Assembly (NCBI GenBank): GCA_041751995.1
Contig: JBGSHY010000059.1
Location: 1,313 to 65,312 of the forward strand
Direction of reading: 5' to 3'
DNA length: 64,000 nucleotides
Source of the DNA: Rhizobiaceae bacterium
GTDB taxonomy: Bacteria; Pseudomonadota; Alphaproteobacteria; Rhizobiales; Rhizobiaceae
Shown here: piece by piece, positions 25,739 to 36,015 of the stretch
Numbering within the stretch: the stretch's first letter is position 1
Layout of the letters: each line of letters begins with the position of its first letter
The notes under the pieces: generated by a model
The model's input: the letters and a program-made list of their open reading frames with translations, nothing else
What the model was told of the DNA's origin: nothing
Database searches by the model: none
Made by a program: the position numbers and the translations under genes

Positions 25739-26158
25739 ATGACGATGCCTATGGAATATGCGCTGGCGTCCAAAGAGTTCGAAGCCTTCATGACGGACTT
25801 CATGGCGCAGGCGAACTTGCCCACACACCATCGCGCCTACCATTCGATTCGTGCGGTGCTGCACGTCTTCCGCAGCCATCTGACGACAAGGGACGCGCTG
25901 AAATTCGCTACCGTGCTGCCGCCGGTTTTGCGGGCGATCTTTGTCGAGGACTGGGAGCCGAATGACAGCCCGCCGCCGTTTCCGGACCGGGACACACTGT
26001 TGCTTGAAGTGAAAGCGGTCCGAAGGGACCACAATCTGGCGCCCGACACAGTAATTTCGGATGCGGCAAAAGCGCTGCGGCGGCATGTTGATGCGGTGGT
26101 GCTAAACACAGCACTTAACAAATTGCCGAAGGCGGCACAGGATTTCTGGCATGAGTAA
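25739..26158 (+). CDS. DUF2267-like protein
   Basis: HHRAYHSIRAVLHVFRSHLTTRDALKFATVLPPVLRAIFVEDWEP follows the DUF2267 pattern (HRAYRALRAVLHALRDRL...LP..IRG.YYEGW). Confidence 0.65.
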   Translation: MTMPMEYALASKEFEAFMTDFMAQANLPTHHRAYHSIRAVLHVFRSHLTTRDALKFATVLPPVLRAIFVEDWEPNDSPPPFPDRDTLLLEVKAVRRDHNLAPDTVISDAAKALRRHVDAVVLNTALNKLPKAAQDFWHE

Positions 26159-26657
26159 AAAGCAACTTTTAATTCAAGATTTTCGCGACTGGCGAATCTG
26201 GATTTCTTCGATTGCGTGTGCGGCTTTCATTCCTATGTTGCTGATTTTCATATTAATTTTCGACCAATTTGGTTTCCCTGATTTCGAAAGCGAACTTTAT
26301 GCTGCGATTGAAATAGCAACTTGGTTATGGGTTCTATTTCTTATTTCAATCTGGATCACATTGTGGTTGAGCAAATATTTTTCGAACCTGAAACAAGCGG
26401 TTCCGGCTTTGGGGTTTGCCAAGGGCATTATCATTTTGCTGCTTACAATTGGTCAGGATTACTCACGTAATGAGTTCACTAGGCTGTATACGTTGGAGCT
26501 CAGCGGCGAGATCTGGATTTGGACGGAAGTATTCCAATTCCTGCTTAGCGAAGTGCAGGTTGCGGGCCTCGCTGCTATTTTGTTTATGGCAACAGATATT
26601 ATATTTTTTTCGGTTTCAAGCCGCGCATTCAAATTGCACCATCGAACCTTTAATTGA
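26151..26657 (+). CDS. Hypothetical membrane protein encoded in a low-GC patch
   Basis: 168-aa ORF with 4-5 hydrophobic segments. Its start overlaps the upstream stop by 8 nt. The DNA is visibly AT-rich compared with its flanks. Confidence 0.5.
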   Translation: MSKKQLLIQDFRDWRIWISSIACAAFIPMLLIFILIFDQFGFPDFESELYAAIEIATWLWVLFLISIWITLWLSKYFSNLKQAVPALGFAKGIIILLLTIGQDYSRNEFTRLYTLELSGEIWIWTEVFQFLLSEVQVAGLAAILFMATDIIFFSVSSRAFKLHHRTFN

Positions 26658-26835
26658 AATTTCAGGCTTGTTCAGTTCCGCCGACCGAAAACCACTTGGG
26701 CTTCCAAACCATTGAATCATATTGCTGTAAATCTTTACCACCGCCTACGAAAGCGCTAAGAGGCGCGCGCTTGGTTTCCAAGCTGATTTGACACCACCCG
26801 CGCTCGTTTGCGGGACTGGATAAGGAAGAACTGAC

Positions 26836-28830
26836 ATGAACGTTTCCCTGACATTTCCCGATGGATCCCTGCGCGAATATGATGCCGCGCTGACCGGCGC
26901 TCAGCTGGCCGAGGGCATTTCCAAGTCGCTGGCCAAGAAGGCCGTCGCCTATGCGTTGAACGGGGAGGTCCGCGACCTGTCCGATCCGCTTGGTGCTTCC
27001 GGCAAGATCGAGATCATCACCCGCGAGGACAAGCGCGCGCTGGAACTGATCCGGCACGACTGCGCCCACGTGATGGCTGAAGCCGTTCAGGAATTGTTTC
27101 CGGGCACGCAGGTCACCATCGGTCCGGTGATCGAAAACGGCTTCTACTATGATTTTGCCAAGGATACGCCGTTCACGCCGGAAGACCTGCCGGTAATTGA
27201 AAAGAAGATGCGGGAAATCATTGGCCGCAACAAGCCGTTCACCAAGGAAGTGTGGACGCGCGAGAAGGCAAAGGAAGTCTTCGCTGCCAAGGGCGAAAAG
27301 TACAAGATCGAGTTGATCGATGCGATCAAGTCCGGCGAAGATTTGAAAATCTATGCGCAGGGCGACTGGTTTGACCTTTGCCGCGGGCCGCACATGGCTT
27401 CAACTGGCCAGATCGGCAACGCCTTCAAGCTGATGAAGGTTGCCGGCGCGTATTGGCGTGGTGATTCGAACAATCCGATGCTGTCGCGCATTTACGCGAC
27501 CGCGTGGCATACGCAGGAAGAACTCGACAGCTATATCCACATGCTGGAAGAAGCAGAGAAGCGCGACCACCGAAAGCTTGGCCGCGAGATGAACCTGTTC
27601 CACTTCCAGGAGGAAGGGCCAGGCGTCGTGTTCTGGCATCCGAAGGGCTGGAAAATGTTCCAGACCCTCGTCTCCTACATGCGCCGCCGTCTTGATACGG
27701 AAGGCTATGACGAGGTCAACGCCCCGCAGATTCTCGACAAGTCGCTGTGGGAAACGTCAGGCCATTGGGGCTGGTATCAGGAGAACATGTTTGCGGTGAA
27801 ATCCGCCCATGCGTTCACCCATCCGGACGATGAGGAGGCAGATCAGCGCATCTTTGCGCTGAAGCCGATGAACTGCCCCGGCCATGTGCAGATATTCAAG
27901 CACGGCCTGAAGTCCTACCGCGACCTGCCGATCAAGCTCGCAGAGTTTGGCAATGTTCACCGTTATGAACCATCCGGCGCCTTGCATGGGCTGATGCGCG
28001 TTCGCGGCTTTACCCAGGACGACGCCCATATTTTCTGCACCGAAGACCAGCTCGCCTCCGAGTGCATGCGCATCAACAATCTGATCCTGACGACCTATGC
28101 CGATTTCGGCTTCTCCGGCATTACTGTGAAGCTATCGACGCGTCCGGACAAGCGCGTTGGTTCGGACGAGAACTGGGACCATGCCGAAGAGATCATGACC
28201 AAAGTGCTCGAGCGCATCGAGTCCGAATCGGGCGGGACGATCAAGACGATGATCAATCCGGGCGAGGGCGCTTTCTATGGTCCCAAGTTCGAATATGTCC
28301 TGCGCGACGCCATCGGCCGTGACTGGCAATGCGGTACGACCCAGGTCGACTTCAATCTGCCGGAACGGTTCGGTGCGTTCTACATTGACCAGGAATCGAA
28401 CAAGAAACAGCCGGTCATGGTCCACCGCGCCATTTGCGGATCGATGGAGCGTTTCCTCGGCATCCTGATCGAAAACTTTGCCGGCCACATGCCGCTGTGG
28501 TTCGCACCGGTTCAGGTTGTCGTTGCGACCATTACCTCGGAAGCTGACGCATATGCCCAGGAAGTCCGGGCATTGCTCAAGGACGCCGGCATTCTGGCAG
28601 ATGTCGATGTCCGCAACGAAAAGATCAACTACAAGGTCCGCGAACATTCACTCGCAAAGGTTCCGGTCATTCTGGTTTGCGGAAAGCGCGAGGCGGAAGA
28701 GCGCACCGTCAACATCCGCCGCCTTGGTTCCCGCGATCAGGCGGAGATGACGCTTGATGACGTTGTCGCCAAACTGATCGAAGAAGCCACGCCGCCGGAC
28801 CTTCTGCGCAAAAAGGCAAAGCGTAACTGA
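26836..28830 (+). CDS. thrS: Threonine--tRNA ligase
   Basis: 664 aa with a TGS domain N-terminus, [14 protein letters not shown], and class II motifs ([25 protein letters not shown]). AAGGAAG lies upstream of the ATG. Confidence 0.97.
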   Translation: MNVSLTFPDGSLREYDAALTGAQLAEGISKSLAKKAVAYALNGEVRDLSDPLGASGKIEIITREDKRALELIRHDCAHVMAEAVQELFPGTQVTIGPVIENGFYYDFAKDTPFTPEDLPVIEKKMREIIGRNKPFTKEVWTREKAKEVFAAKGEKYKIELIDAIKSGEDLKIYAQGDWFDLCRGPHMASTGQIGNAFKLMKVAGAYWRGDSNNPMLSRIYATAWHTQEELDSYIHMLEEAEKRDHRKLGREMNLFHFQEEGPGVVFWHPKGWKMFQTLVSYMRRRLDTEGYDEVNAPQILDKSLWETSGHWGWYQENMFAVKSAHAFTHPDDEEADQRIFALKPMNCPGHVQIFKHGLKSYRDLPIKLAEFGNVHRYEPSGALHGLMRVRGFTQDDAHIFCTEDQLASECMRINNLILTTYADFGFSGITVKLSTRPDKRVGSDENWDHAEEIMTKVLERIESESGGTIKTMINPGEGAFYGPKFEYVLRDAIGRDWQCGTTQVDFNLPERFGAFYIDQESNKKQPVMVHRAICGSMERFLGILIENFAGHMPLWFAPVQVVVATITSEADAYAQEVRALLKDAGILADVDVRNEKINYKVREHSLAKVPVILVCGKREAEERTVNIRRLGSRDQAEMTLDDVVAKLIEEATPPDLLRKKAKRN

Positions 28831-28931
28831 ACCTGATCGCCCCGGCTTCATTCAGACGCTGGGGCGCTTCACACGACTGTCATGTCTTTGCGGCATGCCA
28901 CTGCCATCCTTTCTCGTGCTTGGGGCTCAGC

Positions 28932-29780
28932 ATGCAGTTTGATGAATTTTCCTACGCCAATCCGTCGCAACCGCGATTCAAACGTTGGCTGATCCGTTCG
29001 GTCGAAGGCCTGTCCGGCCGCAACAAGTATTTTGCCCTCTACAACATCTGGCGCAACGAAATCGTGCCAACTGGCGAGAGCGTTTTCGGACGCATGCTCG
29101 AACTGATTGACGTGCAGCTTGGCCTTGCCCAGCAATGGCCACCGAAAGATTTGCCCGAGGGTCCGTTGGTGCTGGTAGCGAACCACCCGTTCGGCATTGG
29201 CGACGGTGTCGCCGTGCTGGCGCTTGCCGAAAAACTTGGGCGGCCATTCAAAGTCCTGATCAACAATGACCTTATGAAAATCAAGGAAATGGAACCGTAT
29301 GCGCTTCCGGTATCCTTCGATGAAACCAAGGAAGCTTTGGCACTGAACATGAAGACACGCCATGAGGCTGTCCGGCTGTTGAAAGCGGGGGTGACCATTG
29401 TGGTGTTTCCAGCAGGCGGTGTCGCCACTGCGCGGAAAGTGTTTGGCAAGGCCGAGGATCTGCCATGGAAAATGTTTCCAGCCAAACTTATTCAATCAGC
29501 TGGTGCTTCTGTTGTGCCCATTCATTTTGCCGGCCAGAACGGACGGCTTTTTCACTTCGTCAGCCGGTTTTCATTGACACTGCGCCTGTCCCTTCTGGTT
29601 CGTGAATTTGGCCGTCTGCGCGGGAAATCCATCGGCGTGACAATTGGCGACATGCTGCCATGGGCAGAACTGTCCGCGATTGCAGATCGTAAGGTTCTGC
29701 TCGAAATGCTTTACGATGCGGTTTTCTCGCTGGCGCCTGCCGAAAAGTCGCGACTGCCGCTCAGCCGCCTGCGGGGATAG
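28932..29780 (+). CDS. Lysophospholipid/1-acylglycerol-3-phosphate acyltransferase family protein
   Basis: HX4D-type motif NHPFGIGD and VVFPAGG. ATG 28932 chosen; the ORF opens at TTG 28920. Confidence 0.75.
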   Translation: MQFDEFSYANPSQPRFKRWLIRSVEGLSGRNKYFALYNIWRNEIVPTGESVFGRMLELIDVQLGLAQQWPPKDLPEGPLVLVANHPFGIGDGVAVLALAEKLGRPFKVLINNDLMKIKEMEPYALPVSFDETKEALALNMKTRHEAVRLLKAGVTIVVFPAGGVATARKVFGKAEDLPWKMFPAKLIQSAGASVVPIHFAGQNGRLFHFVSRFSLTLRLSLLVREFGRLRGKSIGVTIGDMLPWAELSAIADRKVLLEMLYDAVFSLAPAEKSRLPLSRLRG

Positions 29781-30729
29781 GCTCCGGCGTTTGGACTGTC
29801 TGGGTGACCAACACTTCAACGTCCTGGTTCTTGCCTGGAACGACCTTGAAATCGCGCTGGAACAGTTTGTCCTTGTTCTTGGCGATTACCGTATAGTCGC
29901 CTTCAGCCAGCACCATCGAAGCAAATGCGCCAACACTTTCCTTGATAACTTCACCGGATGGATTGATCACTGACCAGGCCGTGTCTGCCAAAGCCTCGCC
30001 GCCGGCTTCGCGGACCAGTTTCATGGTCAATTCAGCGGCCTTGTGCTCGACAGTCGCCTCGGTCAGCTTACCAGCTTCAACGCGCAGGTCTGCGCGGATG
30101 ATCGCGTTCTCGGAGCCATAGTTTGAGACGATGTGGTAGGTGCCGGAGTTCAAGCGGATGATGTCTTCGGGCTTGGCATCCGGCAATATGAGTGCCCGCT
30201 CGCCGTCCGTCTGCTCTTCGCCGGAATAGATGGAGAAGCGAAGCTTGTTGCGCGGGATGCGCACACCGCCGGACAAGACCGCGTTCAGCTTCAACCCGCC
30301 GGCATCCAGAACAAGGATTTCTTCGCGGTTGTCGGTCGTAATGGTGATCCGCTTGGTGATCCCCGCGCGCCCGAATGCTGCGTGAACAAGATAGCTGCCA
30401 GGCTCCAATGCAAAGCGCGTCGTTCCGCCATTGGCGGTGGCAATCAGCGGCAACTTGCCGTCATCATTCGGATCGGGCTTGAATATCCGCCATACCAGGC
30501 CTTCCTGCAGCAAGTCGTCAGCTTCTGAAAGTTTTGCCGCCAGTGTCAATTCGCGCATGTTGGTGGGGACAGCCGTTTCGCTTTTTGTTGAAGGCGCATA
30601 ACTGTTAACGCCCGGCAGAACCAGCTTTGGCAACTTCAACGTTTGCTGTGCATTCGCACCGCCACCCACCGACAGAGCAGCAGCAAAAAGTCCGAAAACA
30701 CAAGTTCTGATCCGGCGGTGCAGGTTCAT
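29761..30729 (-). CDS. Secreted hypothetical protein with three tandem beta-sandwich-like modules
   Basis: Signal peptide MNLHRRIRTCVFGLFAAALSVGGGANA. Recurring module with L-x-P/S/E-G-x-Y-x-V: LEPGSYLVHA, LNSGTYHIVS, LAEGDYTVIA. Start at ATG 30729 inside ORF 29761-30843. Confidence 0.7.
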   Translation of the reverse strand: MNLHRRIRTCVFGLFAAALSVGGGANAQQTLKLPKLVLPGVNSYAPSTKSETAVPTNMRELTLAAKLSEADDLLQEGLVWRIFKPDPNDDGKLPLIATANGGTTRFALEPGSYLVHAAFGRAGITKRITITTDNREEILVLDAGGLKLNAVLSGGVRIPRNKLRFSIYSGEEQTDGERALILPDAKPEDIIRLNSGTYHIVSNYGSENAIIRADLRVEAGKLTEATVEHKAAELTMKLVREAGGEALADTAWSVINPSGEVIKESVGAFASMVLAEGDYTVIAKNKDKLFQRDFKVVPGKNQDVEVLVTQTVQTPEPIPAGG

Positions 30730-30821
30730 GCAGACAGTCAACTCCGAACAGGCGGCGATTTCATGGCAGAAGGCGCTGTTTTCACCTGACAATTCGTGCT
30801 TGGTTTCCCATATGTCGCAGC

Positions 30822-31430
30822 ATGCTGCAAACGGGAATCGCAATCTTGAATCAATCCGCCATCGACTTTCTCCTCTCGCGCAAATCCGCCCCCATTTCTG
30901 TCATTCATGAACCTGCGCCAAATGACGCGGAACTCGATGCCATGATCCGGATCGCCACGCGGGTTCCAGATCACGGTTTGCTGGAGCCGTGGCGCTTCAT
31001 TGTATACCGGGGCGCAGTGAGGCAGAGGATCGGCGAATTTTTCGCCATGCGGGCAGGGGAGATTGAAGGCGAGTTGCCCCCGCAGCGCATCGAGCAGGAA
31101 AAGGCCCGCTTTACTCGTGCCCCGCTGGTCATCGGCGTCGTGTCCGTTCCGAAGGAGCATCCGCGCATTCCGTATTGGGAGAAATTCCTCTCCGGCGGCA
31201 ATGCTGCCTTTGCGCTGGTTTTGGCCGCGCACGCCTATGGCTACAACGCCAATTGGGTTTCAAACTGGTACGCTGACGACGCGCCAAGCCGCGCCTTCCT
31301 TGGCCTTGCTCCCGAAGAGCGTGTCATCGGCTTTGTCCACATCGGCACTGTTGATGTTAAAGTACCTGACCGGCCTCGCCCGGAACCGGAAAACGTGATG
31401 TCCGAGTACAGCGGACCCTGGCAAGGCTGA
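30822..31430 (+). CDS. Nitroreductase family protein
   Basis: AIDFLLSRKSA...RVPDHGLLEPWRF pattern. Confidence 0.85.
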   Translation: MLQTGIAILNQSAIDFLLSRKSAPISVIHEPAPNDAELDAMIRIATRVPDHGLLEPWRFIVYRGAVRQRIGEFFAMRAGEIEGELPPQRIEQEKARFTRAPLVIGVVSVPKEHPRIPYWEKFLSGGNAAFALVLAAHAYGYNANWVSNWYADDAPSRAFLGLAPEERVIGFVHIGTVDVKVPDRPRPEPENVMSEYSGPWQG

Positions 31431-31433
31431 GCC

Positions 31434-32051
31434 ATGTTCTACGAACCCGAGAAGCGCAACCACGGGCTGCCGCATGATCCGTTCAAGGCGCTTGTCGCGC
31501 CACGTCCGATCGGCTGGATCTCAACCCGCTCGACTGACGGGCGTCTCAACCTTGCGCCTTATTCGTATTTCAACGCGCTGAGCGACGATCCATGGCTCGT
31601 GGCTTTCGCTTCAGGCGGCAAGAAAGACTCGATGAGTTTTGCCGCCGAAAGCGGAGAATTTGTTGTCAACATTGTCACGCAAAAGCTGATGGCCGCCATG
31701 GTCAGGACGTCTGTTGATGCTCCGCGCGGGGTCAGCGAATTCACCTATGCAGGACTGGAACCGGAAACGTCCACGCTGGTTGCCGCACCGCGGGTCAACG
31801 GCATAGCCGCAGCACTCGAATGCAAGGTGACCGAAGTCATCGAACCCAAACTGTTGTCCGGCGCGAAATCCGGAATCCAGATGGTCATCGGTGAAGTCAT
31901 CGGCGTTCACATTGATGAAGAAATGCTCACAAATGGCTTTTTTGATTATGAAAAAGCCGGACTGGTGTCCAGGCTCGGATATCTGGACTATGCCATTGTC
32001 GGTCCGACATTTCAGATGAAGCGCCCCAAATGGAGCGAGCGTAAGCAGTGA
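31434..32051 (+). CDS. Flavin reductase family protein (FMN-binding split barrel)
   Basis: PRPIGWISTRSTDGRLNLAPYSYFNALSDDPWLVAF pattern. Confidence 0.85.
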   Translation: MFYEPEKRNHGLPHDPFKALVAPRPIGWISTRSTDGRLNLAPYSYFNALSDDPWLVAFASGGKKDSMSFAAESGEFVVNIVTQKLMAAMVRTSVDAPRGVSEFTYAGLEPETSTLVAAPRVNGIAAALECKVTEVIEPKLLSGAKSGIQMVIGEVIGVHIDEEMLTNGFFDYEKAGLVSRLGYLDYAIVGPTFQMKRPKWSERKQ

Positions 32052-32070
32052 ACCTTCAAAACTGCCTTGC

Positions 32071-32628
32071 TTATTTCGGCAGTTCGCACCGCACATATTC
32101 AACTGGCTTCGCACCCGGCTTGTTGATGACTTGCAGGCCGCCGATTGCTGTTGTCAGCAATGAAATCTGCCGGGATGATGTCTCACCTTCGGCTTTGCAA
32201 GTTGCCTGAACCGAAACAGGATTTGACGACGGCGGTGACGCATTGATTGCGCAGTTTTCTTCGAATTGGCGGATCGACTTGATCGTTATGACCGCAAACC
32301 CGTCGTAAGGCGCCTGATCAATCTTCGCGCACCCTGCATCATCTGCTGCCCAGGCGCCAATATAAGAAATCTTGGATGCCTTTGTGTCATGCAACGCCGC
32401 CTCGAGTGTATCTGGCGCAAGTTTGGCCGCTGGCTGCAGCAGGGCTGTCACTGCGTCCGTCTCGTTCAACGGCGCTATCTCGCCATTTTCGGACGCTGCC
32501 TGGGGCTTGGGTGTCGTGTCAGCCGTCACACCGTCACCGACATTAGCAGTGGTGCAGGATGAAAAAACCGAAATCGCCAATAGGCAGACTGGCATAAAAA
32601 TGCGGAAGGAGGCGGCGCGCATTGTCAA
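32071..32628 (-). CDS. Hypothetical lipoprotein
   Basis: Signal peptide with lipobox-like VFSSC (MTMRAASFRIFMPVCLLAISVFSSC). No known domain recognised. Confidence 0.6.
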   Translation of the reverse strand: MTMRAASFRIFMPVCLLAISVFSSCTTANVGDGVTADTTPKPQAASENGEIAPLNETDAVTALLQPAAKLAPDTLEAALHDTKASKISYIGAWAADDAGCAKIDQAPYDGFAVITIKSIRQFEENCAINASPPSSNPVSVQATCKAEGETSSRQISLLTTAIGGLQVINKPGAKPVEYVRCELPK

Positions 32629-32739
32629 AAAATCCCTGAGTCGTGTTCGATTTGTTCCCCAAAAGAGAGGGACGCCACTGGCATTGGCCTGTCAATACGC
32701 TGCGGACGGCGCACTGCTGTAAACCACAATTGACGGCAC

Positions 32740-33630
32740 TTACAGATGCGGCGTTTTTGAGCGGCCTTCCAGATAGACGACCGCCAGGCCACTTGCGAGA
32801 ATGAGCAACATGCCCACGGTGGCGAGGCTGTTTGGCACGTCACCAAAGATGACGAAGCCAAGTGCAACTGCCCAGATCATGAACGAGTAATAAAACGGTG
32901 CGACCGCTTGGGCCTGCGCATGTTTGAACGCGAGAAACGTGAACATGTGACCGACAGTGACCAGCAGGCCGGTGCAAAGCGACAAAAGCAAGTGTTTGGC
33001 GGAGGGCGTTACCCAGGTTTCAAATACCAGACCACCCAATGCAGCTGCGATCATCACAAGGCCGTTGGTGACAAATGTCGAAACAAGCACTGGCGTTGTG
33101 GACGGGATGCGCCGTCCGACAAGGTCGCGCAGGGCCGCGAAAAATGCTGCCGCAAACGCCAGCAAAGCAAAGGGCGACGTCGAGCCAAAGCCCGGTTGCG
33201 CGACCAGCAACGCTCCGGCAAAACCTGCAACGACCAGCAGCCAGCGCAGGCTGTCGATCTTTTCGCGATGAAAGACCGCCATGCCGACCAATATGAGCAT
33301 TGGCAGTATCTGGAAGATGGCCGTGACGTGGCCAATCGGTGCGTTGGCCAATGCCAGGATGAAGGTCAGGATCGCCATGACTTCAAGCATGCCGCGGGCG
33401 AACACGAACCTGTTCAAGGCCAGCGGCAAATCCTTCCAATGGCCAAGCATGGTCAATAGCGGAATTGCCCAAACGAAGGCAAAAACCCCGCGCAGGAACA
33501 GCGTCTGATATGGCGGCGTGTCCGCCATGATCAGTTTCATCATGCTGTCATTGAGTACAAAGCTCCCTGCGCCAATGAGCATGTAAAGTATGCCGCGCAG
33601 GTTTGACTTGCCGCCCGGCAGGATTTCCAT
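32740..33630 (-). CDS. DMT superfamily (EamA-like) transporter
   Basis: 296 aa, about ten hydrophobic helices in two similar halves. Confidence 0.8.
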   Translation of the reverse strand: MEILPGGKSNLRGILYMLIGAGSFVLNDSMMKLIMADTPPYQTLFLRGVFAFVWAIPLLTMLGHWKDLPLALNRFVFARGMLEVMAILTFILALANAPIGHVTAIFQILPMLILVGMAVFHREKIDSLRWLLVVAGFAGALLVAQPGFGSTSPFALLAFAAAFFAALRDLVGRRIPSTTPVLVSTFVTNGLVMIAAALGGLVFETWVTPSAKHLLLSLCTGLLVTVGHMFTFLAFKHAQAQAVAPFYYSFMIWAVALGFVIFGDVPNSLATVGMLLILASGLAVVYLEGRSKTPHL

Positions 33631-33638
33631 GTGCCGGT

Positions 33639-34751
33639 TCAGAACGTCACGACGGAGCGGATCGATTTGCCTTCGTGCATCAGGTCAAAGGCCGTGTTGA
33701 TTTCGGTCAGCGGCATGGTGTGGGTGATGAGATCATCAATGTTGATCTTGCCGTCCATGTACCAGTCGACAATCTTAGGTACGTCCGTACGGCCGCGCGC
33801 GCCGCCAAAGGCCGAGCCTTTCCAGATGCGTCCGGTGACCAACTGGAACGGGCGGGTCGAAATTTCCGTCCCCGAAGGCGCGACGCCGATGATGATGGAT
33901 TCGCCCCAGCCGCGATGGCAGCATTCCAAGGCTTGCCGCATTGTGTGGATGTTGCCAATGCATTCGAACGAATAATCCGCGCCGCCGTCGGTCAGATCCT
34001 GAATGGCCGACACCACCTTGTCGCGGCCGACAACATCCGGATTGACGAAGTGGGTCATGCCGAATTTTTTAGCCATTTCGACCTTGGACGGGTTGAGATC
34101 AACGCCGATGATCTTGTCCGCTCCAACCATGCGCGCGCCCTGAATGACGTTGAGCCCTATGCCGCCGAGACCGAACACCACAACATTGGAACCCGGCCTC
34201 ACTTTGGCCGTGTAGATGACCGCGCCAATGCCGGTTGTGACGCCGCAGCCAATGTAGCAAATCTTGTCGAATGGTGCGTCTTCGCGGACTTTGGCCAGCG
34301 CGATTTCGGGCAAAACGGTAAAGTTCGAGAAGGTCGAACAGCCCATGTAGTGAAACACTTCGCCGCCATCACACGAAAAGCGCGATGTCTGGTCCGGCAT
34401 CAGGCCTTGGCCCTGGGTTGCCCGGATCGAGGTGCAGAGGTTCGAGCGCTGTGACAGGCAGGTTTTGCACGAGCGGCACTCCGGCGTGTAAAGCGGGATG
34501 ACATGATCGCCCGGTTTGACCGACGTCACGCCAGCGCCAACTTCGCGGACGATGCCCGCACCTTCGTGGCCCAAGATTGCTGGAAATTTCCCCTCCGAAT
34601 CAAGACCTGACAATGTGTAGGCGTCGGTATGGCAGACACCGGTCGCCATTATTTCAACCAGCACTTCGCCTGCCTTTGGCCCGCCTATGTCAATTGTTTC
34701 AATGGTCAGAGGCTTGTTGGCTTCCCAGGCAACGGCTGCGCGCGACTTCAT
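33639..34751 (-). CDS. frmA: S-(hydroxymethyl)glutathione dehydrogenase / class III alcohol dehydrogenase
   Basis: [15 protein letters not shown]...[28 protein letters not shown] and GLGGIGL motifs. Confidence 0.95.
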   Translation of the reverse strand: MKSRAAVAWEANKPLTIETIDIGGPKAGEVLVEIMATGVCHTDAYTLSGLDSEGKFPAILGHEGAGIVREVGAGVTSVKPGDHVIPLYTPECRSCKTCLSQRSNLCTSIRATQGQGLMPDQTSRFSCDGGEVFHYMGCSTFSNFTVLPEIALAKVREDAPFDKICYIGCGVTTGIGAVIYTAKVRPGSNVVVFGLGGIGLNVIQGARMVGADKIIGVDLNPSKVEMAKKFGMTHFVNPDVVGRDKVVSAIQDLTDGGADYSFECIGNIHTMRQALECCHRGWGESIIIGVAPSGTEISTRPFQLVTGRIWKGSAFGGARGRTDVPKIVDWYMDGKINIDDLITHTMPLTEINTAFDLMHEGKSIRSVVTF

Positions 34752-34942
34752 CTATGATTCCTCCCGGCAAATTTTTATTGCCAAAGCTTAACCAAACGAA
34801 ATTGGTCTGGAAACCCGAGAATTTGTGATAGTTTTCGAACCCAAACAGCCGTTGGCGTAGGTTTGATTCAAGACAATGACCGCATTTGCGGTTCTTGTAT
34901 CAATCCTTCCAACGGCCAAGGTCCGGAACAGGAGGAGTCACC

Positions 34943-35779
34943 ATGTCGTTCAAGACCATTCTCAGCGTTATCGGAATGAACCAAGGCAACCGCGACCTGG
35001 AGCTTGCCTCCGAGATTTGCCGCGAGGCCAACGCTCATATGTCGGTGCTGGTTGTTTCGCCTGCCGCCGCCGTGCCAATCGGCACCTATGCCGATGTGGT
35101 CTCTGATGCATGGTATGTCGAACGACAGCGTGACGCCAAGAAGTTGAAAGCGCGCGCCGAAGAAGTCACACAGCTCATAGACGGCAAGGAACTATCAACC
35201 GACATCACCAGCGAGTATGCCGAAACCGCGCTGATCGGCGATGTCATCGGTCGGCGCGCCCGCTATGCCGACCTGACATTGTTTGGTCCGAGCCTATTGG
35301 CGGACGAAGCCCTAACCGACAATGCGCTGGACGGCGCACTGTTCCGTTCGGGACGCCCTGTGCTGATGGTGCCGGAAAAAACCAAGGCGACTTTGAAGCC
35401 GAAGGCGGTCAGCATCGCCTGGGATGGCAGCCTTGAAGCTGCCCGGGCCGTCGCTGCTGCGATGGACCTGCTGATCGCGGCCGACGATGTGCGGATCGTC
35501 ATGGTAGATCCTGTTGCGGGCGAGGGTGGTCATGGTGCTGAGCCCGGCTCAGATCTCGCCGCCTATCTGTCGAGGCAGGGGATCAAGCTCACTGTGGACC
35601 GCTTGGCATCTGCAGGTCATTCCGTGTCGGATGTGCTTGCGCAGCATGCGCTCGACAACAAGGTCGAACTCATGGTCATGGGCGCCTACGGCCATTCACG
35701 GCTTCGCGAGCGCATCTTTGGCGGTGTGACGCGTTCCATGCTGCACCGGGTTACACTGCCGATTCTGATGGCGCACTAG
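34943..35779 (+). CDS. Universal stress protein (tandem Usp domains)
   Basis: C-terminal LMVMGAYGHSRLRERIFGGVT motif. ATG 34943 has GGAGGA 6 nt upstream; the ORF opens at 34886. Confidence 0.8.
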   Translation: MSFKTILSVIGMNQGNRDLELASEICREANAHMSVLVVSPAAAVPIGTYADVVSDAWYVERQRDAKKLKARAEEVTQLIDGKELSTDITSEYAETALIGDVIGRRARYADLTLFGPSLLADEALTDNALDGALFRSGRPVLMVPEKTKATLKPKAVSIAWDGSLEAARAVAAAMDLLIAADDVRIVMVDPVAGEGGHGAEPGSDLAAYLSRQGIKLTVDRLASAGHSVSDVLAQHALDNKVELMVMGAYGHSRLRERIFGGVTRSMLHRVTLPILMAH

Positions 35780-35807
35780 ACCATTTTCATTGGGCGGGGG
35801 CGTCCAG

Positions 35808-35860
35808 ACACCCGGCAGCCTGTGGCAGGGGGGCAGCCGGGTGTGTTAGTTTTAGGTTTT
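35808..35860 (+). terminator. Intrinsic terminator after the usp gene
   Basis: 9-bp stem ACACCCGGC / GCCGGGTGT (35808-35816 and 35836-35844) followed by GTTAGTTTTAGGTTTT. Confidence 0.55.
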
Positions 35861-35925
35861 CCTATCCGGAATCTGGCAATTGAACCTTGATCGGCGCGCA
35901 TTTTCTCGCCATAAGCCCGTTCAAT

Positions 35926-36015
35926 GGAAGGGTGGCCGAGTGGTTTAAGGCAACGGTCTTGAAAACCGTCGTGCGGGAAACCGTACCGTGGGTTCGAATC
36001 CCACCCCTTCCGCCA
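35926..36015 (+). tRNA. tRNA-Ser (anticodon UGA), CCA encoded
   Basis: Acceptor stem GGAAGGG/CCCTTCC, D-arm GCCGAGTGGTTTAAGGC, anticodon loop CTTGAAA, long variable arm, T-arm GGGTTCGAATCCC, discriminator G plus CCA. Confidence 0.95.

Noticed and set aside
26662-27393. 243-aa minus-strand ORF
   Set aside because: Antisense to thrS.
33603-34454. 283-aa plus-strand ORF
   Set aside because: Antisense to the class III alcohol dehydrogenase gene. Arg/Ala/Asp-rich artefact.
34863-34871. TTGATTCAA palindrome between adhC and the usp gene, considered as an FNR/FixK box
   Set aside because: The FNR/FixK consensus is TTGAT-N4-ATCAA (14 bp). Here the half-sites are separated by a single base, so the spacing is wrong.
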